DNA of 64,000 nucleotides, taken from positions 3,200,001-3,264,000 of the forward strand of contig OZ245777.1 in the NCBI GenBank assembly GCA_965227775.1, given 5' to 3'. Each line of letters opens with the position of its first letter. The stretch's first letter is position 1. A program made the position numbers and the translations under genes. The notes below the pieces were generated by a model, which was given only the letters and a program-made list of their open reading frames with translations, was not told the DNA's origin and searched no databases. Below, one piece after another: positions 22,238 through 31,600 of this stretch. The stretch is from Phycisphaerales bacterium. GTDB taxonomy: Bacteria > Planctomycetota > Phycisphaerae > Phycisphaerales > UBA1924.

Positions 22238-22927
22238 CTAGACGGGCTCGATCAACGATGCGTCATCGTTGCGGGCGTTACCGACGCGCTTCGACACGGG
22301 CCGGGTTGCGAGTACACCATCGGCGGCCGGACGCAGCAGGCCTTGCACCATGTCCGGTTCTTGAACGTCGGGATCGAGCCATGCCCACACGCTCTCGGGC
22401 TCGAGGATGCAGGGCATCCGGTGATGGAGCTCTGACATTTCGGCATTGGGCGTGGTCGTGAGGATCGAGCAGGATTCGAGCTGGTCCTGCCAACAGTCCC
22501 ACAGGCCGGCGAAGTACAGGACGTGCTCATCGGCGCGGGCGATGTAGTACGGCTGCTTGTTCTTATCGTCGAGCTTCTTCCACTCGTAGAAGCCGCTGAC
22601 GGGGATGACGCATCGGCGGTACTTGAATGGCCCCCGGAAGGATGGCTTCTTTGCCGCGTCCTCGCTGCGGGCGTTAAACATGGGGTACTTGGTGCTCGGC
22701 TCCTTCGACCAGTGTGGCACGAGCCACCATCGCATCGCAGCGGTTTCCAGGATGTGCTCGCTTCCCTTCAACGCACGCAGGACGGGCACGTCGGTCGTGG
22801 GCGCGACGTTGTAGCGAGTGGGGGGATCGGCCATCGCGAGCGCTGCATCGGCCAGGGCGAGGTCGAACGCCTGGAGTTGCTCGTGGATCTGCCGCCAGGT
22901 GAACTTGTACGTGTAGCGTCCGCACAT
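22238..22927 (-). CDS. SOS response-associated peptidase (SRAP/YedK/HMCES family)
   Basis: N-terminal MCGRY (catalytic Cys2), RYNVAPT, FNARSE, GFYEW, FAGLW, HHRMP. Confidence 0.95.
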   Translation of the reverse strand: MCGRYTYKFTWRQIHEQLQAFDLALADAALAMADPPTRYNVAPTTDVPVLRALKGSEHILETAAMRWWLVPHWSKEPSTKYPMFNARSEDAAKKPSFRGPFKYRRCVIPVSGFYEWKKLDDKNKQPYYIARADEHVLYFAGLWDCWQDQLESCSILTTTPNAEMSELHHRMPCILEPESVWAWLDPDVQEPDMVQGLLRPAADGVLATRPVSKRVGNARNDDASLIEPV

Positions 22928-22950
22928 GCCCAAAGCCTATCGCGTTGGCG

Positions 22951-25900
22951 CTAGTGGAAGTCGCGACTCTTCGCAACAAGCATGTCGAGCCGCTCATCGA
23001 GGCTTTCCAGTCGATGGACGTGCAGGTGGACGACCTCGCCCTTCCGCTCGACGTGGCCGTGGGCCAGCATCACCCGGCTGAGCCTCGCGACGCGGCGGTG
23101 CTGCTCGAACACGTCGCGCCACAGGATCAGGTTGACGATGCCCGTCTCGTCTTCCAGCGTGATGAACACCACGCCCGAGGCCGTGCCCGGCCGCTGACGC
23201 ATGAGCACGAGCCCACCCACCGAAACGTGGCGGCCCTGCGGGCACACACGCTCGTGCCGCAGGTCCGATGCGGGGATGGCTCCCTGCACATCGAGGGACT
23301 CACGGATGAACGAGAGCGGGTGGGCCTTGAGCGACAGCCCGGTGCTCTGGTAGTCTTCCATCACCATGCGATTAACTGGTATCGCTGGCAGCGAGTCGAG
23401 GCCATCGGTGTCGCGCGTGTCGGCATCGCTCACCGCATCGAAGAGCGGCAGCGGATCATCGCACAGTGGCTTGATCTGCCAGAGCGCGCGTTGTCGGTCG
23501 AGCCCCATCGAGCTGAATGCATCGGCCTTGGCGAGTGCCCGCAGGCTGCGGACGCTCACGTTGCTCGCGCGCCACAGCGTCTCGATGTTGGGAAAGGGCC
23601 CGTGCATCGCGACCGCGTCGGCGATTCGATGCGCATCGGCCTCGACGACCCCTTTGGCCAGTCGCATCCCGAGCCGTACTGCTGGTCCGCCGAATCCCCA
23701 CGTGTGCGGCGGCGCATCTCTCCTTTCGCTTTTGTGCCTACTCGCCTCCCCGTCTCCATCCTCCAACGTGCAATCCCACGCGCTGGCATTGACATCGATG
23801 GGTCGCACCTCAACGCCGTGCTCCTTCGCGTCGCGGACGATCTGTGCGGGCTGGTAGAATCCCATCGGCTGGCTGTTGATGAGCGCCGCGCAGAATGCCG
23901 CGGGCTCGTACCGTTTCAGCCAGCACGACACCCATACCAAGATTGCGAAGCTCGCCGCGTGGCTCTCGGGGAAGCCGTACTCGCTGAAGCCGCGGATCTG
24001 CTCGAAGCATCGCTCGGCGAACTCTGGCGGGTAGCCGTTGGCCACCATGCCCTTGATGAGCTTCTGGCCGAAGCGGTAGATCTGGTCTCCCTTGCGCTTC
24101 CACGCGGCCATCGCCTTTCGCAGCGCGTCGGCCTCATCGGGCGTGAAGCCTGCGGCGGCGATTGCCAGTTGCATGGCCTGCTCTTGGAAGAGCGGAACGC
24201 CCAGCGTGCGCTCGAGCACGGCCCGCACCTCTTCGCTCGGATAACTGACGGCCTCGGCGCCCTCGCGTCGGCGCAGGTAGGGGTGGACCATGTTCCCCTG
24301 GATCGGCCCGGGCCTGACGATGGCGACCTCGATTACCAGGTCGTAGAAGCACCGTGGCCTGAGCCGCGGCAGCATCGACATCTGCGCCCGACTCTCGATC
24401 TGGAACACACCCACCGTGTCGGCGTGGCCCATCATGTCGTAGACCGAGGGGTCGGTGGGCTTCGAGGCGATATGGCGGAAGAGGGAGAGGGTGCGGCCAA
24501 AGTCACTGTTGCCATCGGGCCGGGCGGTCAATTCCAAGCTCTTCCTCAAACACGTCAACATCCCGAGCCCCAGGCAATCGACCTTCAACATTCCCATCGC
24601 GTCGATGTCGTCCTTGTCCCACTCGATGACGGTGCGGTCCTCCATCGCCGCGTTCTCGATGGGTACGAGGTCGTGCAGTGGTCCCTCGGTAATGACAAAA
24701 CCGCCGACGTGCTGGGAAAGGTGGCGTGGGAAGCCGATGAGTTGGCGGGTGAGTCGCATGACGTGCGCGATGGTCGGGTCGCTGGGGTCGAAACCGGCCT
24801 CGCGCACGCGTTCCTCTCCGGGATCATCGCCCCAGCGGTCGAGGTTCTTGGCCAGGGCGTCTACGCCGTCGAGCGATAGGCCCATCGCCTTGCCGACCTC
24901 TCGCACGGCGCTGCGGCCGCGATAGGTAATCACCTCGGCGGTGAGCGCGGCGCGGTCGCGTCCGTACTTCTGGTACAGGTACTGGATGACCTCTTCACGA
25001 CGCTCGTGCTCGAAATCGATGTCGATGTCGGGCGGTTCGCCCCGGCTGCGGCTGATGAACCGCTCGAACAGCAGGTTGTGCGTGGCCGGATCGACCTCGG
25101 TAATGCCGAGGCAGTAGCACACCGCGCTATTGGCCGCTCCGCCCCGCCCCTGGCACAGGATGCCCCGCGAGCGCGCAAAGTTCATGATGTCGTAGCACGT
25201 CAGGAAGTATGCCTCGTACCCGAGTTCGGCGATGAGCGCGAGCTCGTGATCGATCGTCGTACGTACGGCTTCGGGAGGCTCGCCACCATACCGCCGCTCG
25301 GCGCCGGCCATCGTTTCCTGGCGTAGGTACGCCGGCGCCGACATGCCGGTCGGGCACGCCTCGGACGGGTACTGGTACCGCAGTTCATCCATGCTGAACG
25401 CTGCGGCCCGGAGAGCGATCTCGGCCGATCGCTCGACCGATCCCGGCAGCGCCCGGAACAGCCGGGCCATCTCGTCGGCGGGCTTGAGGTGTCGCTCGGC
25501 GTTGGGGTGAAGGCGGTAGCCGGCGTTGTCGATCGTGCAGCCGTGGCGGATGCAGGTGAGCACGTCCTGCAAGTCCCGGCGGTCGGCGTCGTGGTAGTGT
25601 GCGTCGTTGACGGCTGCCAGCGGGACTGCGGTCGCGAACGAGAGGGCCGCCAATTGATCGAGCCGATCGGCATCGCCCGGGTGGTAGCTGCGCGATGCTG
25701 CCAGTGAAAGCCGATCGCCGAAGGTGTCGCGCATTCCTCGCAACACCGCGATGAAGTCGTCATCCAGCACGTGCGGCGGCATCGCGACCGCGAGCAATCC
25801 CTGCTGGTGCTCGAGCAGGTCGTGCAGCACGAGGTGGCACTCACCCTTTGGCGCCCGGCGCTTGCCAAGCGTGAGCAACCGGCTCAATCGGCTGTACGCC

Positions 25901-26244
25901 GAGCGATCGGTCGGAAATGCCAGCACGGCAAGCCCATCCTCGAGCACCAGGCGCGAACCGACGGCCAGAGGTATGCCCGACTCCTTCGCCGCGACATGCG
26001 CCCGCACGATGCCAGCGAGCGTGTTGGTGTCGGTGATCGCTGCCGCCGTGTGCCCAAGCTCGGCCGCTCGCTCGACGAACTCTTCGGGGTGGCTCGCGCC
26101 CGCAAGAAACGTGTAGTTCGATGTCACCGCGAGCTCGGCATATGGCACGAACATGCGTGGCGGCGCTAGCGATGGGTCGCCCCGCCGGTGCTGGACCTCG
26201 TGGAATGGGTGCGTCTTGATCTTGGGAAACTCGTTCTCTGGCAT
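22951..26244 (-). CDS. dnaE2: Error-prone DNA polymerase III alpha subunit (DnaE2/ImuC)
   Basis: PHP domain YAEL..SNYTFLAGASHPEE, GRGGAANSAVCY, PPDIDIDFEHERREEV, YGFPESHAASFA, NSQPMGFY, RQRPGTA, C-terminal SRDFH. Confidence 0.96.
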   Translation of the reverse strand: MPENEFPKIKTHPFHEVQHRRGDPSLAPPRMFVPYAELAVTSNYTFLAGASHPEEFVERAAELGHTAAAITDTNTLAGIVRAHVAAKESGIPLAVGSRLVLEDGLAVLAFPTDRSAYSRLSRLLTLGKRRAPKGECHLVLHDLLEHQQGLLAVAMPPHVLDDDFIAVLRGMRDTFGDRLSLAASRSYHPGDADRLDQLAALSFATAVPLAAVNDAHYHDADRRDLQDVLTCIRHGCTIDNAGYRLHPNAERHLKPADEMARLFRALPGSVERSAEIALRAAAFSMDELRYQYPSEACPTGMSAPAYLRQETMAGAERRYGGEPPEAVRTTIDHELALIAELGYEAYFLTCYDIMNFARSRGILCQGRGGAANSAVCYCLGITEVDPATHNLLFERFISRSRGEPPDIDIDFEHERREEVIQYLYQKYGRDRAALTAEVITYRGRSAVREVGKAMGLSLDGVDALAKNLDRWGDDPGEERVREAGFDPSDPTIAHVMRLTRQLIGFPRHLSQHVGGFVITEGPLHDLVPIENAAMEDRTVIEWDKDDIDAMGMLKVDCLGLGMLTCLRKSLELTARPDGNSDFGRTLSLFRHIASKPTDPSVYDMMGHADTVGVFQIESRAQMSMLPRLRPRCFYDLVIEVAIVRPGPIQGNMVHPYLRRREGAEAVSYPSEEVRAVLERTLGVPLFQEQAMQLAIAAAGFTPDEADALRKAMAAWKRKGDQIYRFGQKLIKGMVANGYPPEFAERCFEQIRGFSEYGFPESHAASFAILVWVSCWLKRYEPAAFCAALINSQPMGFYQPAQIVRDAKEHGVEVRPIDVNASAWDCTLEDGDGEASRHKSERRDAPPHTWGFGGPAVRLGMRLAKGVVEADAHRIADAVAMHGPFPNIETLWRASNVSVRSLRALAKADAFSSMGLDRQRALWQIKPLCDDPLPLFDAVSDADTRDTDGLDSLPAIPVNRMVMEDYQSTGLSLKAHPLSFIRESLDVQGAIPASDLRHERVCPQGRHVSVGGLVLMRQRPGTASGVVFITLEDETGIVNLILWRDVFEQHRRVARLSRVMLAHGHVERKGEVVHLHVHRLESLDERLDMLVAKSRDFH

Positions 26245-26246
26245 GC

Positions 26247-27749
26247 TCAGACCCACACGCCGTGGACGTACCACCGCCCGGTTTCACGCGATCTTGCGAC
26301 CCACAAGCAGCAGCCGTCCTCGCAGCGCACACGGAAGTAGTCACGCGTTGATCCGTTGCCACGCCACCACTCGCTGCCGAGGCGCTCCGGACCCGCGCAC
26401 GCGATAACCGTGCGGTCTTGTCCCCGCCAATGGATGCGATGCACCGGGCCATCGGGCGTGAGCGCCAGGGCCGCGGTGGGCACGGGTGGATCGAGCAGCG
26501 TGGTCGGACGCTCGCCGGGCGGGCGGACGTTCGCCCATCGCCGCCTGGCCATCGGGGCAACCCACTCGAACGCGCGCTCGGGCAAGTGACTCTCGCGCAG
26601 CTCGGCCCCGCGCACCGTGGATGGGCCAAGCCGCCCCGCCAGCACGTCGATGAATTCGGCGGCATCGGCATCGCGTGCTTCTGGATGCCCGCCCCACTGC
26701 TCGCCCTGTCGTTGGACCATCAGGGCATCGCGAGTCGCCGTGATGGTGACACGCTCGACCCCGAAGCCCAGGTGCACCCGCTCGAGCTTGGGCCGCGCGA
26801 GCACCCACAGGTGCTTCGCGTCGTTCGTGGGCACGCTCGTGGTGATCGTGATCTTCAGGGCATCGAGTTCGTATCGCCCGAGCTCGATGACGAGTCGCCT
26901 TGCTCCGCGACCACGGCCATGCAGTTGCTCGCACAGATCATCCAACAACTCCCGCACGGCTATGGCGATCGCCTCGGTGTTCGTCGTATACCCGTCGAAT
27001 ACCCGCTCGCTTCGACACGGCGCGACTGGCCGCACGGGGTTCAGGGGCTCGATGGCGTGGCCCAACGCACGATCGAGCGCCATGAGGAGTTCGTGCCCGA
27101 ATCTCGATGGCAGCACGCTGCGGGGGATCTGCAGCAGGTGTTCGACCCGGTCGATCGCCAACTCGCCAAGGGCCCCGATCGTGGGTCTGTCGATACCCAG
27201 AGCAGCCATCGGCAGCGGCGCCATCGCGGTACGCTGCTCTCCCGGCGGCACGATCGGGTCATCGCCATACCGCGCCACGGCCCACGCGCAACCGTGCGTA
27301 TCTGCGATAGCGATACGACACCGGATTCCCAGCTTTGCGAGGCCGGCCTGGATCGCTTCGCGCATGCCGACTTCACCGCCGAACAGGTGCGCGCACCCGG
27401 TGATGTCGAGCCATAAGCCGTCCTCGCCGTCGACTTGCACGAGCGGCGAGAACCGCCGCGCCCAGATCGCTAGCGCATGCAAGCGCGCCGCATCGCGCTC
27501 GGGCGTGTGCGTCTCGATGCGCACCAGGCCCGCGGGCAGCACCCCGCGCGCCTGCGCCACCGGCAACCCGGGAACGACACCCATCTCGGCTGCCCGATCG
27601 CAACACGCCGCCACCACGCGGCGCTGCCCATCGGTACGCACGATCAGGACGCACTCAGCCCGAGCGCTGGGCCGACCACCGGCCCGGTCCCGTCGCCGCA
27701 GCAGGTCGATGGGGAACGTCGGCATCCATACTGACAAGGCGCGCGCCAT
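26247..27749 (-). CDS. imuB: ImuB, catalytically inactive Y-family polymerase homolog
   Basis: RRFSPLV..DGEDGLWLDITGCAHLFGGE, GPERLGSEWW, RDYFRV, WYVHG; directly upstream of dnaE2. Confidence 0.92.
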   Translation of the reverse strand: MARALSVWMPTFPIDLLRRRDRAGGRPSARAECVLIVRTDGQRRVVAACCDRAAEMGVVPGLPVAQARGVLPAGLVRIETHTPERDAARLHALAIWARRFSPLVQVDGEDGLWLDITGCAHLFGGEVGMREAIQAGLAKLGIRCRIAIADTHGCAWAVARYGDDPIVPPGEQRTAMAPLPMAALGIDRPTIGALGELAIDRVEHLLQIPRSVLPSRFGHELLMALDRALGHAIEPLNPVRPVAPCRSERVFDGYTTNTEAIAIAVRELLDDLCEQLHGRGRGARRLVIELGRYELDALKITITTSVPTNDAKHLWVLARPKLERVHLGFGVERVTITATRDALMVQRQGEQWGGHPEARDADAAEFIDVLAGRLGPSTVRGAELRESHLPERAFEWVAPMARRRWANVRPPGERPTTLLDPPVPTAALALTPDGPVHRIHWRGQDRTVIACAGPERLGSEWWRGNGSTRDYFRVRCEDGCCLWVARSRETGRWYVHGVWV

Positions 27750-28359
27750 CTTCCAGCCGCACGGCCCATTGCCGCGCGTCCTCCGCTATGGGCCGCAGTC
27801 CCTTGCGGCGCAGCAGTTCCACCGTCCATGTCGGAGCGGCCGGCCTTAACCGATCCGCTGGCCCGGGCGACACCAGCCACCGCGTGGCCGCCGCCGAGAG
27901 TTCTCCGCGTTCGTGATGTGGCCTCGCCAGCAGCCCGATCGTGCCGCCCGCCTCGGCGGCAAGTTGCAGCCGGCGAGAGCCCGCCATCGTCAGCCCCGCT
28001 CCATCGGCGATCACGACCAGGGCCGCCGGCGAGCGCAGTGCCACATCGATGGCCCAGAGCCGCTCGTCACGCGTCGGCGGGTCGACGAATACCGACCGCT
28101 CGAGCAGGCGCTGATCGCCGCCCGGCCCCACCAGCGAGGGCGGATAGGGCCAGCACCGCCGGCCGATCCACAGCACCCGGCCACCAGGGGGGCGATCCGC
28201 GATGTCATCCAGAGCCACGCCGGCAAGCACGCCCAGGGGTGGAAAGCGCCTCTCGGCCGGTGCGTCTGGGCCCGCGGGCGGCGTAAACCAGTCATGGATA
28301 CCGGTGGGCTTCAGCAAGCCGCCAAGGCTGAATCCCGGCACCCGTGATCGCATCTGCAC
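27655..28359 (-). CDS. imuA: ImuA-like RecA-fold mutasome protein
   Basis: RVLWIG, LWAIDVALRS, SRRLQLAAE, SAAATRWLV, VELLRRKG; first gene of the imu cassette. Confidence 0.85.
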   Translation of the reverse strand: MQMRSRVPGFSLGGLLKPTGIHDWFTPPAGPDAPAERRFPPLGVLAGVALDDIADRPPGGRVLWIGRRCWPYPPSLVGPGGDQRLLERSVFVDPPTRDERLWAIDVALRSPAALVVIADGAGLTMAGSRRLQLAAEAGGTIGLLARPHHERGELSAAATRWLVSPGPADRLRPAAPTWTVELLRRKGLRPIAEDARQWAVRLEDGARLVSMDADVPHRPAAATGPGRWSAQRSG

Positions 28360-28364
28360 GGAGC

Positions 28365-28393
28365 AGAGTAGATACCTAACATATTCCAGTCAA
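28365..28393 (-). promoter_or_regulatory. Sigma70-type promoter of the imuA-imuB-dnaE2-SRAP operon
   Basis: Minus strand TTGACT (28393-28388), 17-bp spacer, TACTCT (28370-28365), then 5 nt to the GTG start. Confidence 0.65.
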
Positions 28394-28650
28394 ATGGGTG
28401 TCGTCAGCCCTGGCCAGCGAGCGTCTGAAACGGCCAGACACAAGGCATCCAATTCTGGTTCGATCCCGCGATCGCCCCAGATCGTGGACACTACTCTCCG
28501 TTATGGGACATCTGGATCGGGAACGCCCCGACCAGCGCCAGACGGCACAACCCGCACACGTCGCACAATTGTGGTTCCCATCAACAAAACGAGACTCGTC
28601 ACTACAGGCGCAACCGGACCTCACCGACCACCGAATGAGGTGGAGGTGGT

Positions 28651-31600
28651 ATGGGCAAGCGGCAAAAGGGAAGAACGAACAAGGGTTCGGATAAGCCGAA
28701 GCGCTTCAAGGCGGAATCGCTCGAGGAGCGGATCCTGCTTTCGGGCACGTGGGTCGACGCCGACGCAGCCGACGCTCTTGACGGCTCGGCGGGAGGCGAT
28801 CCTATCGGGCCTGCGGACCCATCCGACCTTCTGGGAGGCTCTGACTCCGGTGGCGACCTCTTCGGAGGTGGCGGTGATCCGATCGATGACGTCCCTGCGG
28901 CCATCGAGATCGAGGGTGCCAGTGTCGAGGAGAACGCGCCGGCAGGCACCGTTGTCGGTACCGCAACTGTCGCCGATGCCGATCCGGGTGACTCCTTCTC
29001 CTTCTCGCTTGCGAACGACGCCGACGGTCGATTCGAGATCGACGCAGACTCCGGACACGTGACGGTCGCCGACGGTGCGAGCCTTGATCACGAGGCGGTT
29101 GCCGAGCACACGATCACCGTGGTCGCTACGGATGCGGAGGGTGTCGCGGTCGAACAAGACATCACCGTGACCGTGAGCGACCTGAATGAGGCGCCGCTCG
29201 ATCTCGTTGTCACAGGGACTGGTGGCGCGTCGGTCGGTCCTGCAGAACCACAGTCGTTTGGGTTCGAGAGCTCGCCGGTGGGATCGAGTCCCGAGCAGAT
29301 CCAGTTCGGCGGCGGCCTGACCGCAACTGTGTCCCAAGACAACGTCAAGGTCAGCGAGATCATCGAACACGAGGATGGCTACGGGGCGGTCGCCGGCGAG
29401 GGCGATCGCTTCTGGAAGCTACTGGGCGGCGAAACCACACTGACGTTCAGCGAGCCGGTCTCGGAGATCAGCTTCACCTACAGCGACTACGACGGTTGGA
29501 ACACGATCTCGGCAACCGCCGGAAGCCAACGCCTGGAGATCGACACGATCAACTCGGGCGTCAACAACAGCGTCACGATGCGCGCACCCGATGGCGAGGT
29601 CTTCGAGACCCTGTCGTTCACCTGGGAGTCTGGTGCGTCCGATGGGCTGGGCATCGACAGCATGGTGGTCACTCCGGCCGCGGCTCCGGTCTCGATGGTG
29701 CCCGAGAATGCCGGCCCCGGGGACGTCGTCGCGACCGCGAGTGCGACAGATCCTGATGCCGGCGACACCCTGACATACTCGCTGACGCACGATGCGGATG
29801 GTCGCTTCGAGATCGATGCGGACACCGGCAGCATCACGGTTGCCGACGGGGCTGAGTTCGATCAGGCTACAACCGCGATGCACACCGTCACGGTTGTGGC
29901 AACCGACGGATCGGGCGTTGCCGTCGAGCAGGAGATCACGATTGGCGTGGGCGACGCGTCATACGCGCCGGACCTAAGCGTGTCCGATGCAGCGGGCGAA
30001 GAAGACCAACCGATTCCGCTGGACATCAACGCCAGCGTGCCCGACGGCGGTGAGATCGCGTCGGTCACCATCTCTGGTGTGCCGGAGGGCTCGACGTTGT
30101 CGGCCGGCACAAACAACGGCGATGGTTCCTGGACAGTTGATGGAGACGACGTCGACGGCTTGTCGCTCACCCCGCCGAGGGACTTCTCCGGGCAGTTTGA
30201 CCTTGAGGTGAGCGTGCAGGGTCGGGAGGCGGGCTCGGTTACCGAGGTGGACTTCTCGAGCGCCACGATCACGGACTACGGCGTGCACCAGGACAAGGCC
30301 CCGCAGGCTTCGATCGAGGATGGCGGCGCGACGCTTCATCTGGGTGGGAACACGTGGAAGGACATCGGGTTCCCATACACGATCACCGAGGACACGATCC
30401 TCGAGTTCCAGTTCAGGGCCGACGGCGAACCCGAGATCGCCGGCATCGGTTTCGATACCGATGAGGGCCAGACTGAGAGCCGGACCTTCAAGCTGCATGG
30501 CACGCAGGGATGGGGTGTCGACCCGGGCGACGAGTACGCCGGCGATGGCCAGTGGCAGACATTCCAGATCCGGGTGGGCGACTACTTCACCGGCGACATG
30601 GACAAGCTGACGTTCATCCACGATCACGACGCCAGCTCGGACAGCGGGGAGAGCTTCTTCAAGAACATCAGGGTCTATGAAGAAGGTAGTGTTGGCACAT
30701 CAGATGAGGCTACTGCGAGCCTCTCGGTTACGGTGGCCAACGCGATTGATGCGACGGGCCTGGAAGACGAACCGATCGTGCTGGACATCGACACGGCTAC
30801 ACCAGAGGGGGGCGCCGTCGAGTCGGTCACCATCAATGGATTGCCCGAAGGCGCCACACTTTCGGCCGGCATCGACAACGGAGACGGCTCGTGGACAGTC
30901 GATCCCGATCAGCTGGATGACTTGTCCATCAACCCACCGCCGAACTACTCCGGCCAGTTCGACATCGAAGTCAGCGTGCAAGCCCGAGATCCCGGTTCGG
31001 CTGTCGAAGTTGACTTCAGCTCGACAGAAGTCACGGACTACGGCGTGCACCAGGACAAGGCCCCGCAGGCTTCGATCGAGGATGGCGGCGCGACGCTTCA
31101 TCTGGGTGGGAACACGTGGAAGGACATCGAGTTCCCATACACGATCACCGAGGACACGATCCTCGAGTTCCAGTTCAGGGCCGACGGCGAACCCGAGATC
31201 GCCGGCATCGGTTTCGATACCGATGAGGGCCAGACTGAGAGCCGGACCTTCAAGCTGCATGGCACGCAGGGTTGGGGTGTCGACCCGGGCGACGAGTACG
31301 CTGGCGATGGCCAGTGGCAGACGTTCCAGATCCGGGTGGGCGACTACTTCACCGGCGACATGGACAAGCTGACGTTCATCCACGATCACGACGCCAGCTC
31401 GGACAGCGGGGAGAGCTTCTTCAAGAACATCAGGGTCTATGAAGACGGGGACACCGAGAGGATTGTCGAGACGACATCGACCCTCACAATTGCAGTTGAG
31501 GCGGTTGCGGACTCGCCGGAGTTGAGCGTGCCAGATGCGATCGGGGTCGCGGATCAGCCGATTCCGATGACCATTGGCATCGAGTTGCTGGATGCTTCGG

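Noticed and set aside
22945..24879. Long antisense ORFs (also 9047-10651, 13945-15567, 46356-48296, 5239-6546, 61437-62861)
   Set aside because: Shadow ORFs opposite well-supported genes, typical of high-GC codon bias, with no recognisable motifs
28457..28467. GGTTCGATCCC, resembling a tRNA T-loop or att remnant
   Set aside because: The T-stem pairs poorly, there is no D or anticodon arm, and it does not match the tRNA-Ala in this window
30269..31445. Repeats as a CRISPR array, IS ends or a DGR template/variable pair
   Set aside because: Only two in-frame coding copies, no spacers, and no cas, transposase or reverse transcriptase in the window
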